Source: Phoronis australis (lineage: Eukaryota > Animalia > Phoronida). From it: 64,000 nt of DNA. The translations under genes were made by a program, and so were the position numbers. Positions 13,802 through 26,300 of the stretch are shown piece by piece. Each line of letters starts with the position of its first letter. The stretch's first letter is position 1. A model generated the notes under the pieces. It made no database searches and had not been told where the DNA came from. It saw only the letters and a list, made by a program, of their open reading frames with translations. Location: assembly GCA_002633005.1 (NCBI GenBank), contig NMRA01000589.1:92641-156640 (forward strand), read 5' to 3'.

Positions 13802-13853
13802 CAGAAAATATCAGATTGTGATTTATCTATATTTATCAAACCAACGTTTTACA

Positions 13854-13870
13854 TATTAAACAGTTTAATA
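13854..13870. terminator. Candidate bidirectional poly(A) signal between convergent genes
   Basis: Palindrome TATTAAAC-A-GTTTAATA gives ATTAAA on both strands (13855-13860 +, 13869-13864 -). I saw no AATAAA on either strand between the stops at 13801 and 14322. Confidence 0.45.
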
Positions 13871-14321
13871 ATTAACACAATGTATTTGTTTGCAAGTTGT
13901 TAACTTTTTATGTGATAAAATTAGAAGTATGTTTATAAAGACTCAAGCCATGTTAGACCGCTCAGAGAATGTAACCTGATATTTGGAATCATCCATCTTT
14001 CGCTAGGGGCTTGGGCGTTGTTTAAGCTTGTGTAAACAACATTAGTAAAGTTTCATTTTTTACAATGTTAGTATTTGTTGAAAAGAAAAAATATACGATG
14101 CATTTGCCTCTTTCTGATGTTTTTAGCCCTGCCTCTGTCACATGTCGAGCGGTTGGATAAGCTAAGACGTGATGAATACTCCATGTGTGTGCACTGGAAT
14201 GTAAATTATTGTAGTTTTCATTATGGCGATCGACAAAACTGTATCTGTCTTGCCAGTGTTTAGTGTAAGTGGTAGGCGTCTTGACGGAAGGTCAAGAGTT
14301 GCTTCTCGAAATGCCAGTCGT

Positions 14322-17300
14322 TCACTTGTCTAAAGTTGCTCCATCTACCATTTGCTTAAGCTTATCTGGTGTCACTTCGCTCAGAGATGAAGTGCTTTTC
14401 GACTCAATGGACGCACTACTTGAACTGCCTATAGATTCAGACAAAACAGCGTAGGTTGGGTTCAGTCCGTTTTCTTTTGGTGGCGAACCTGAAAAACTTC
14501 TGCGTCGAACAACACTGACTGGCTGCGGTTGAGTCATCTCGTCCACTCCCCAGCAGCTTCCGTCCATTGCAGAGAAATAATTTCCATAATTAACAGATGT
14601 GTCCGAAATTGCGGAGGTGTTACTTGGTGTCTTCGTTAGTGCGTTCTCCTTTTGGTGTTTCTTACTGCAACGATGAAGCAGAAGTAAAGTAGAGTTGTCT
14701 TATAACAATGGTCACCGTCCTAAAAAGAAGGAAGTGGAAGGATTGGGGCATCCTTCATTGCTGGAAGAGCTAATGCACCAGAGTCGATGTGTACTCTGCA
14801 TGAAAACGTTAAGGTTCCACTAATTTATCGGTCGTAATAAATTGATAGACGGTGTTCAATACTGGTCTTTATTTTGATAGGCACACATGCTTTATGTGTG
14901 AAGAACTCCGCAGTCGTACCTTTGCGTAAGTGAAGGCGAGTAAAACATCTCCTTCGTCCATCCGAACTGTTCTGCATATTTTACTTCGCACGGGACATAA
15001 ACCAGCTGAGGAATGAACTCTTCTCTTGTGTTACCTGTCAATAGAAAAACGATTGCGATAGAAACGGCACTGCTGCTACACATCAGGTGGTCACCAAAGG
15101 GATTAAATTAACATTTTGTTTCTAATGATAATTCCGTATTTGCTAACCATTACGTCTCCCAGTTATTCGAATTTCAACTTAATAGTGGTAAAGTTTACAA
15201 ATTCCGAAATGTGCCTTTGAAGAAATACACTTGTTATTATTTAGCTTTTACTCAAACTTATGGTCATTTGTCTTTTAAGAAACGTTTTTTGGAAAACCTG
15301 AAAATGGGGATCGACCTTCACCTCCAAAAACGAAATGCAGCGCACGTGACAATGCGGTTGAGTTAAGAATCGCTATATGGTCATTGTACCTTAGAACCGC
15401 TTCTTACGCTACATGTAAGTTGTCGCTCTTGCGCTGCTCGGACCAAACTCCCATACAACATTTTAAACAAACGGGAAACTTGACTTAGACATCGAGGACA
15501 TCTTGATTTCGTAGGAAGTCGAATGAGCGGCATGAACAATAGCTGCTGTCTTCCACTTAGGAATCCAGAAATTTGGCGTCTACCCGAATATAGAACCCCC
15601 GGCATTCAACGTGGAATTTTTGGCAGCAATAGGATACCCTTCAGACAAGTAGAATTCAGCAAAATTCTGATTGATATTAGAAAGCTTGGCGAAGGAGTGA
15701 ATAGCCTGAGGTCACAGGGTCACGCTCACGTCTGCATTGTGTTATAAGAGAGCTCCTGCTACACGTTAAACGCCAACGCAACTGGAGAAGGGTTACACAA
15801 ATATAACCACTACCAGAGTGGCACTGTGGTGACAATCACTGATCAGGAGTGGCGGAATACAAATTGGCAACAGCGGAAGAGAAACCGTAAAGGTGACGAA
15901 AAGGCGAAAGAATTGACAGTAAAGCAGGATAACACCGTGGCACGATAGTGACTAGCACTGGTGGCAAATGGATATAATAGGTTTTAATTGTCCCGGATTG
16001 ATTCCTGATTTCAGAACCAATTACTTCCATTGAAGAACACCTTGTATTCTGGAATCAGGAACCCATAAAACTGACTATTACCGGCTGGTGACCAATGAAT
16101 TAATGGGGGAAACGGAGGAGAGGGGATAAAAGCTACAGTCGCGGTGACATTATGCTCTGCCGCCGGTGAATACAATCAAGTTCCCAGTTATAAAAAATAT
16201 AAGGTGATATCAATAGTGATTTTGTGCAAAAATGCCCTGAGAAAAAGTGTTTATGTTTAATCCACAAACTCTAAGTTATTACCGTTTGCTTTGAATATTT
16301 ATAATCATAACATTCCTCTCATTTACTTTCATGAAATAATACCAAAATTGAGATGCTTTGGCAGAAAACATGAGTATATCCGACAATTACCTCCTGATTG
16401 TCTGTGGCTTTTCTGATAAAAAGCAGCAAGGCAAATCGGACCTCAGAACAAAATAAGGTCATATTTTAAACATTTAACCGAGTGAGACACATGCAATAAG
16501 CTTAACTTTCAAAAAACATTGAAAAGTTGCATAAATTTTATGATATCTACCATAAATTGACAATATTGAAAGTCACGTTGTTCGTGTGACAACCCTGAAG
16601 GCGAAAATGCAGTTCAACATTGTAATGTAAGCAAAAAATGCTGACCTCTTAAGTGCTGGAGGATGTGGGGCAATCGTGAATTTGTAATTTTCGGTCATTT
16701 TTGGCATTTCAACTTTTTCCCTTGGGCGGAAAGACGGGGCTTTGTTGAATTTTTACATCAGTTCTTTGAGAAACCCCATCAAGTGTGCTTTCTGTAAGTT
16801 GTGCCTTTTTCATGTGTCTTGGGACAGTGTGTAAACAAGGGCTTTTATTGACCCAGACCAATGACAACGTCAAAATCGGCCACACTCGGTCTTGGTTCGG
16901 GTATCGGAAGTATCTACTGTATCTCAATCGTATCAAAATACACAAGGCAGCTGTTCCTTAGCTCCGAAGTCGACACAAGGGGCCCAGGGTTCAATGTTTG
17001 TGCTCAAAATCCTGGAAATTATTTTTTGTCACTTCATGCCATACTTTTGTGCGAATTCAAAATAAGTCTCTTATTCTATGCTTTAGTTTATAATGACTTA
17101 CGTGGATAACTACCTTCATCAAGCTACTAAATAAAGTCTCGTATCAAATATTCGAGTTTTTACTCAAAATCTCGAGTTTTTGCTCGCGTTTGTAGAACGA
17201 ATTTAATTATTATCAAGTGTAAAATTGGACTAGAAACTGATGTGTATAAATCATAATGTATTCCAGCACAGAACAATAACCACTTGATTTAGATTCGTAC

Positions 17301-20300
17301 AAAAATAGATCACAAAAAGCGAAAACTAATTCGAAGTTCGATTTCGAGTACAAGCATTCGACCCCCGCCCTTGATGATAGGACTTGTTTCGGTACAATAC
17401 ATGACCATACGTTCGATTAAACAATTCGCCGCAATTTTCATGGTTGTTTGAAGTGAACCACTTTCCTCAAATATAGCTTCGATCCCCATCCAAGTACACG
17501 GGTTTGGGGGTCGACCATGAATCCGGCATGTGTGTTTGGAATTTTATCATATTGTTTTTGGTAATGCGTTGATATCACCATCATGGTCAAAACTTTGAAG
17601 CTGTAATATAAATTACGCCAAGTTCTCAAAAACTCTTCTTAAGCGAACTTAAAAGTTACGTTATGGAACTAAAGTATTTACCACTTTCGTCGCCGGGAGG
17701 ATAAAGTCTATTGGAGGGCTGATGTGCTGGGCGTGGTAGGAGATTTGTATCTATTCTGAAGAAAGTTGGTGCCGCGGGCAAGCTGGCTATCTGAGAAAGA
17801 TGTTTCCCGTGTGATCGTTGAGACCATTCTCCCCTGCTGTTCGCAGCTTTGTTGTCAGTATCTTCACGAGCAGGTGTGCTTTGGATATCCCCATGGCCTG
17901 TTTCTGACTCGGAGATCTGTTTTCGAATGCTGCTTGGAACCGTCGCGGGCACTGCCAGAATGGCTGGTTTTAATATCTGAATGTTTTGCGGCATCATAGC
18001 TAAGGGCTGCGATACTGTTGGTGTCGATGGTGGTTGCGCATTTCTGACGTTATTGCTTTTGAAAGTGGGTGTATTCTGAAGAGCGTAGGGCAGTGGCCGC
18101 GAGGGTGTTTTTCGGGCACCAAAACCGGATGTCTGCAATATTGACCGGTACAATGCTTCTTGTCTCGCCTTTTCCTCCAATCTAGCCTTTTTGAACTTCC
18201 TCGCTTCTCCAGGACAATACTGATAATCTGAAACACCATGTGAATTATAAGTTATGCATCAACTCCCCGTAATTATTTTCACCTAGTGCACGTAAAATCC
18301 TACAGTATCGTTGTCTAGACTGGAACAATGAACCCCTTTCACACCGCCGTCTCTGTAAGAATTTACTTGTCTATTGCGTGAGGATTCCCAGAATCCCGTG
18401 TGTGGATGGGTAACAGTGTTTATGTTTTCCTAGTTTCCTCGGCAGTCGCAGAATATGCCGATGGTGACTTCTAAAGGTTTACAGCCAATCGATGACGGAT
18501 TCATAATCTCAAACTTAAACATACGTAGTCATTATGCAATCTGCAGGTTTTCAAATTTAAATGAAGTGAGGGTACACAATTTGGCTTTCAGATTACAACC
18601 ACGGCCAGATTGCAAAAAAATCAACTGCAAGCCTCAATAAATCTCAATATCTGTGTTAACGTAGTGAGTTAAATGTGTTAAAAACCGTTTTGAACTGGAT
18701 GCTCACGAAAGCGATAGAAGATTGGTTGCTGTTATTTTTGTTTTAACTGAAATGCAAGCTAAGAGCAATATTTCATAAAAAGCTTACCGTGCTTGCTTGT
18801 CACTGTTTTCGAACTAAAAATACTCTGGCAGTATCACAAAAGAGGGCAACTGAACGCGGGGGGGGGGGTGCACAAATTTTTGGTTCAGTGCAGGGGAAAC
18901 GACACATAATCGTCCCCTGTACGGCAAAACCTTGGCTTGTTACGCGCTTTTACCTTTAGGTCAAACAATAATTGTTAAAACACTACCACTTTGTTTGTAG
19001 CAAAAAGGACACTGAAACTCGTATACCCTTAAAGAACTAGAAAGCATAGTAAACGTGTAAACGTTCTTTCTTTCTTCTCCTGTTGCACAGTTAACAGTAC
19101 TTGCTATGACATAGGATGGGCCCGGTAGATTTTGATCTGAAGTTCATCCTTATAGATGTGTAACACGTCTAAAGCTGTTGTCACGCTTTCTTGTGCAGCA
19201 GACATTGTAAAAAGTTTTGAGGGATGACGAGGGTTATAAATGTTAGATGTCCACAATTGAGATAGTCGTTATTAATATTGGCCAAAGCAACGGAAATCAC
19301 ATGCTTACTCGGATATTTCCGCTTGTGTTCCTTTTCTGCCTCTTTTGCAAGATTGTGATACTTCATTCGGTCTTCAGCAGTCATTGCTTTCCACATTGCT
19401 CCAAGTCTGCGAAAGTAATTCACCTATTACTACGTTATCGACCAGTGCGTGAACACACGAACGGTAGTCAGGAGGGGAGGAGGGATACGCTACATTTTTA
19501 CACAAGGGACTGAGGTGCGCTTCGGAATCCTAAAATGCGATGTACGAGCACGCATTGTTGGTTGTTGCAGGTAGGCTACATGAAAATTTTTGAGGTTTTA
19601 AGTTCAGTCTTCACGGCTTATGTCATTCAGCCTGTTACAACTTAGCTCGATAGGGGACTGTTTCGTGAAAAGCGACGTAAGAATTTTATAACATTTGGTC
19701 TTACAAGCTTCCCACTACTTCCGAAAATAATTAAATCTCAAAGTCGCTGAGAATGTACACCCAACTGATAGTTACTGCATGAGATAATTTATGTAAATTA
19801 TTTCTATACTGTTAAGCTCATAATTACTTGGCTAAACATGAAACAACTCCTACGCTAACACTTGAGATTTTGTCTTCCCAACGCCTTATTCAGAGTGTGA
19901 CTAACCCGTCCACATCGATTCATAAATTAACCTATCGCCAAGACTATGACTGACGGCTTAGATGACCAATCAGAACGCAGCATTCTTGATACACCTCCGT
20001 CTGCGTTTCCAAGTCGCAATTTTACCCGACAAACAACACGTTGTCGTGTAAAACTTATTTTTGTCTCTTGCTCACGAAATTGTGCGATAAGAATGGTGAT
20101 ACGATGTTGATGTGGCGAGTGTTATTCTGACAGTCGTTATGCAGCTGGGGCATTCCCTTAGCCGAAAGGTGATGTCGACTGTGTAAACGATCGATAAAAG
20201 CCGGGTGTGGACTGCCACACGAGCAGCTAAACTTGACAATGTTGCTGGATTACTCGAAGGTTAAACACAAAAATATTTGGTCCAAGATATGCACTTTTCA

Positions 20301-23300
20301 ATTTAGTGGCTACAGTGTAGGCTCCGGAGTTTCACTCGTCAGGCCGCCTTTGTCTCGGCACCTGCTGGATACCAGGATGTCCCTGGAAATTGTTGTTTTT
20401 AGGGACACTTATATTATTTTTTATTTCTTTGGACCTAATGGGCATCGTTTTGTTTCGTAGCAGAGGTACATTTCTTGTTACTCATATACCCGTAGACTGG
20501 CGTTCAACTGAACTTCTCTCTCCAAAATTGAGAGATTCGATCGGCACAGGGAGGGCATTGGATTACTGAACTCAAAGCCTTGTTCGAGTTGTTGTCACGA
20601 AAAAATAAACAATTGAATTACTTTTTGATCAGAACCTGTAGTATACACTTCGCCTTTAGAGTTAGTGAGAGCTCATTTTTAAGTTGTTCAAATATGGTAT
20701 TTAGATTTATGAAGTTTTAAAACAGAATTTGAGTTATTTTTGTAAATAGCCATTTTTTGCCACTACACCATCTTTTGTAACCATATCACAGCTTAGTGAT
20801 CATGCTACGTTTAAAAGTAACTGAAAGCTACCTTTCTGCAATGAAACCCCAAAAATGTGAAATTCATCAGAAGGTAAGGCCAATTCCATGCTGGAAATTG
20901 TCGTGGACCCTACCCTAGACTTATGTACCGGAGCTAACTTCTTGCCTAGGACAAGATGAGTGTGTACTTGAGCTATGAACCTGTTTTTTTAATCAAACTG
21001 TTTCGTTCGAAGATTAGAAAAGCGTAAACAGTGTTATCGACTCGAGCTACTTTTTATTTGACGGAATTTAGAGGACGACAGAATAAAAATATCGGTGAAT
21101 CTTTACTGATTTTGTTCGAAAGATCCTGAAATCTATGGCATCACTAAGACAATTCGACTTTAGGGTTACTCAGCTTTACATTAACATATCGCATCAGTGG
21201 CCTTGGCATTTGTGTGGTGAACCTGTGTGGGGTTCTTCGGATTTTCGCTGGCTCCGAAATACTTTTCCCGAACACTTTATTTTTCATCGTCACCTTTACA
21301 AATTCTCACATCATTAACGTACAATTCTCAGCTGAAAAGCATCGCCTGTTGTCTTTCTTTTCGGATAGAGCAAAAACACTCATCGATTCCACCAGGAACA
21401 TCGTTTAGCGACAGTGTTTTTGCCTCTGTTTGTTTGTCTGGTGTCAGGTGACTTTTTGCAAGGGGGGCGGAGCTTGCGATAGGTCAATTTATGGTTGGGG
21501 GTTAACCGCGATGCTAAAGAAAACCTATTCCCTAATTTCTCTTAAAATGCAAAAATTTCAAAAATTTAAAGACGGTTATCAGTTACTTTTCAATTTTAAA
21601 ACCAGTGATGTTGGTCGTTTGCTTTTCGTTATATTTTATTTCTGAAACGCGTACGGGCGTGCTGGTTTACGATCGCAATTATCTAATCCAGCACGTTCAG
21701 CCAAGCCCATGAACAGCGACCAGCTCACTTCCATCCGTGTCGGCGCCATCAATCCTTTCATGTGCTGAGGTCTTGGCTGGACACTCTGGGGTAAACAGTG
21801 CACGGTTTCTGGTCCACTTGGGCGCAAATCATGTCAGCGTAAAATTTGCCCAAATGACCATTATTCAGCAATTGTGAAGTGGCAGCGTGAGTCCAAATTT
21901 CTGTCTTAAGTCACTTTTCATGAAACCGATTCCAGAGCAGAACTTTGCAACAAATGGTATGTACCTTGCAAAGTTGAGAATAGCTTAGATGCAAAACGTC
22001 AGGAACGACTGAGACAGTTTTACGAGTACGATTTTTATAGAAAATCGGGGATTCGCATCCTGTGCAACTTCTGGACCTACCACGACAAAGACACATTACC
22101 AATCCTAAAGAATTTGAAGTTGACTCTGGAGATCAGTCCTCGCAAATCCTCGCACACTCTGCATGCTTTTACGCTGTGAAGCCTTGGATCAAATAATTGA
22201 CCTATCGCAAGCTCCGCCCCTATGCGAAAAGTCACGTGATACCCGACATTCGAACGAGATGTCAGAGGCAAATACATGTATACTGTCGGTAAACGACGTT
22301 CCTCTGGTGGAATCGATGAGTGTTTTGCACTATTTGAAAACGTTTCAACAGAGACAAGAGGCGATGCTTTTCAACAGAGAATTGTACGTTCATGATATGG
22401 GAATTTGTTAAGGTGACGATGAAAAAATGGCTCGAGAAGCCAGCGAAAATCCGAAGAACCCCTCGAGCCTTGGGGCCACCTTCACCTGGCAAATGACAAG
22501 GCCACTGATACGATATGTTCATGTAAAGCTGGGTATTTACCTCAAAGTCGAATTATCTGTACGATTCCATAGATTTCATGATCTTTCTAAGAAAATCAGT
22601 GAAGATTCACCGATATTTTTATTCTGTCGGCTGCTAAATTTCGCCAAATAAAAAGTAGGTCACAACTGGTGGGACTCCCGGAGTAAAGTAGGTCATAGAT
22701 TACAGACAACACATGCACTATAGTCTCTGACTAGGTCGACTCGACAGCACTGTTTACGCTTTTCTAATCTTGTAACGAAATATTTTGATCAAAAAAATTC
22801 AGGTTCATAGCTCATGTACACATTCATCTCGTCCTAGGCAAACAGTTAGCTACGGCGGGGTACGTCTAGGGCTGTGTCTAAGTAAGTCAAGTTAATGTCT
22901 GGAACTCAGTGGCGGATCTAGGATACCACAAGGGGGGTCCAACATGTTGCCTCGTGGAATTGGGCAAAGTGCAATTGTATGTACACAGGCGGCCCGAAAG
23001 TTGCAGGGGCCTGGGATGAAGACCTTAGGACCTTCTGTTCAGAAAATCTATCGGTGGACTAAAAAAACAGGATCTGGGGTCTGAGCCCCTCCTCTTCCGC
23101 TACCGGTCCTAGTTACTGAACTCAATATTTCCTCACGCTTCACGCCGGCTCTTGCTGTTTCATTTTGCTTGCGGGGGGCTGCCCCCCCCCCTAAATCCGC
23201 CTATGGAATTGTCCATTAAGACATTTAAATTAGGCCTACCTTCTTACGAACTTGGCATTTTTTTGTAGTTTCATTCCATAAAGGTAACTTTCATTTAATT

Positions 23301-26300
23301 TTGAAGGTAGCATAACTACTAAGTCGTGGTATGGTTACAACTTGAAAGATTACAAAAGTCTGGTGTGGTAGTTGCAAAAATAGGGTATAGTTACAAAAAT
23401 AACTCAAATTCTTTTTTAAAGCTTCATAAATCTAAATATCATGTCTGAACAACTTCAAAATGAGCTCTGTCTAACTCTACAGACATAGTGTATGAGGTAC
23501 ACGTCAAAAAGTAATTCAACAGTTTATTTTTAGTGACAACAGCTCGACCAAGGCTTTGAGTTGCAGTAATCCAGTGCCCCTCCCTGCATGTGCAGATCGA
23601 ATCTCTGAATTTTGACCGGGAGAGAAGTTCATTTGAATGCCAGCCTACGGGTTTATGAATAACAAAAACGTACCTCTGTTAGGTTGAAATAGATAAAAAA
23701 AATGCAAAATTTAATGTCCTTGAAAACACCAATTTCCGGGGACTATACCGCTAGATCCAGCAGGTGTCGAGACAAAGGCGGCCAGACGTGGGAACCTCGG
23801 GAGTCACAATCTGAGATAGCCCTTCACCATAGCCACCAAGCTGAAAAGTGCGTATCTTGGAACTAATATATTTGTGTTTATTATAGCCTTCGAGTTATCA
23901 AGCAACATCGCTTAGTTCAGCTGCTCGTGTGGCCGTACAGTTTGATCCATAGTTTACGTTTTTCAACATCATTTTTCGGCTTAGGACATGCCAGAAAATG
24001 ACGGGATATTGTTCTGGAGCAGCATAACGGCTGTTGGTGCTACACACGCCATATCAATACCGTTTCCCCATTCTTAGCGGACAATTTCTTGAGCTATAGA
24101 CTAAAGTAAGTTTTACTCGACTGCGTATGGTTTGTCGGGTTAAATGGCGGCTTGGAAACGCAGACGAAGGTGTGCCAAGAATGCTGCGTTTTGATTGGTC
24201 AATTATGCCGTCCGTCATAATCCTGGCGATAGCAACCAAGCACAGACTTTCTCATAGTTTGCGATTTAAGCTTGTGCAAAGTTTGAGTTATTTCTATTAA
24301 AAGTGCCAATCGGGGATGTGTGTGAGAACGAATCCCGCAATGTTTGCGCTCAGTACCTGAATATGACATTCAAAATATCTCAGCTCAGACATTGGCGTTT
24401 GAAGTTTTGATGTCGGGACAGCAGCTGGCCTGGTTTGGGGACATTTTGGCAGTTTAGAAGGTCATGAAAAAGAATCAATAAATTCTAACATTATTACATG
24501 ACCGTATTCTAACTTAAATATGTCAATATAACCCAGCTACAGGTTATTTGCTGAAAGATTATGCACAAATGACGCAATGAAACATTTTTCATAAGCATGA
24601 GGGAAATTTTGATGAGCTACAGTGACGTCTAGTGACGGAAGCGAGTAATCGATACGGGAAAACGTTTTAGGGAAAATTTCGAGCAGATTTGTTACGGTAC
24701 TGTAAGAATTGAATGTAAAAACTGTTAAGAAATAAAGTGTATATCATAAAATCTCGGTACCCGAGTTAACGAAATGAAAGTGGAGAGGTGTTTGTTTCAT
24801 TCACTATAGTTATGTTCATTGTATGATTAAGTGATCGATGGGAAGTTTTTATCTCTTTAAATCATGCCTTGATTAGTTTAAACATTTTACATTCTGGATC
24901 GTTGTTCATCAAAACCGGACACCAAGATTTTATGACTCTGACACTACGCTGAGACATTACTCTTACACGTAAATATAGTTATCATATTTTGTTCATTTAA
25001 GTTCACTTTATAGCGCAACATGTGGATGTGCCTATCCGCTTAAGAGTTGGGCCAGCCGCCCTTTGATCACTCGTGACTCTTGTTCTGCCTGACGTCAACA
25101 TCATCACTCAATAACTGTAACTTCACGCGTAGAGTGCGGTGTCATTTGATAGTTTCGACTATACGTTAAACGTGAACGCAAACGTGTGATTCAGCAGTGG
25201 TCACTAGCTCATGCTCGCGTACATGTATGCGTTGTAAGAGCTTCTGGTACACGTGAAATTAACGCGAACGCGACTGTGGAAGGGTTACCGGTACGCAATT
25301 GTAGACACTACCGGAATGACACTGACTGCAGTGACAATCCCTCACTGAGCAGAAGTGACAACATAAGGATTGGCAACAACGGGAGAGACACAGTACAGAT
25401 AACTACGAGGCGGACAAGGAGGATGACTCCGTGGCACGACGTTGACTAGCAAGAGTGGCAACTGAATAATAGACGTTTTTATTGGTCCCGGGTTGATTCG
25501 TCGTTTCAGAACCAGTTATTTCCATTGAATAACGCCTGTTATTCTGAAATCACGGACGCATAAACAAGAAAATTGGTTTTGGGAAGAACTTGGTATTTTG
25601 ACAAACCATCAAAACCTTTGACGTTCGATTTGTACTACTTGCGCAAGATATTCAAAACCAGTTCAGTTCGTCACACGGGACAGAAGTCATCAGAAGTGTC
25701 TACTTTATTTACATACAAATGGTTCTGCATGTCTGGAACACTCGTGTTTTCACGTTTGCGTTCAAATTGATGCTAAATCGAGGTTTGGTAGCCTAAGCAA
25801 CAATGCACGACAATACATTTTCCAGCGCCATCACAAAGTATGCAGGTATTCAATACGACCACCCCTTCCTTCAATTTAAAAGTCCATTTCTTGCTTCGTT
25901 CTCCTATCTCGCTTTTGTAATAAAGAAAAACCTGTCGTCGCGACTTCAAAACGATCGCGACACATGATCGGCATCTGCTCACAACTTTTTGCGACCTTCC
26001 GGAGACAGAAGACAACTTGGCCGAAGTAAAATATGCTGAGAAATTCGTTTTGTGATTATAAAACAGTAAAAAGTTATAGCAAAGTACAATTCTGGTAGTT
26101 TATTGGGAACTTACTACACACAACTGTGCGGAAGAATAAAAGCTGGTGGAAGAACCGGCGAAAAAAGAAGTTGGCCAACAGGCAACGCTCTATTTCACCG
26201 GTGCGCTCGACAAATTTAGCAACGGAATGACGACAATTTTTTAAGCACTCGTTACCCATTTGTTTTACTCGGGGAAGCGTGTAGTTTTTAACGACACTGA

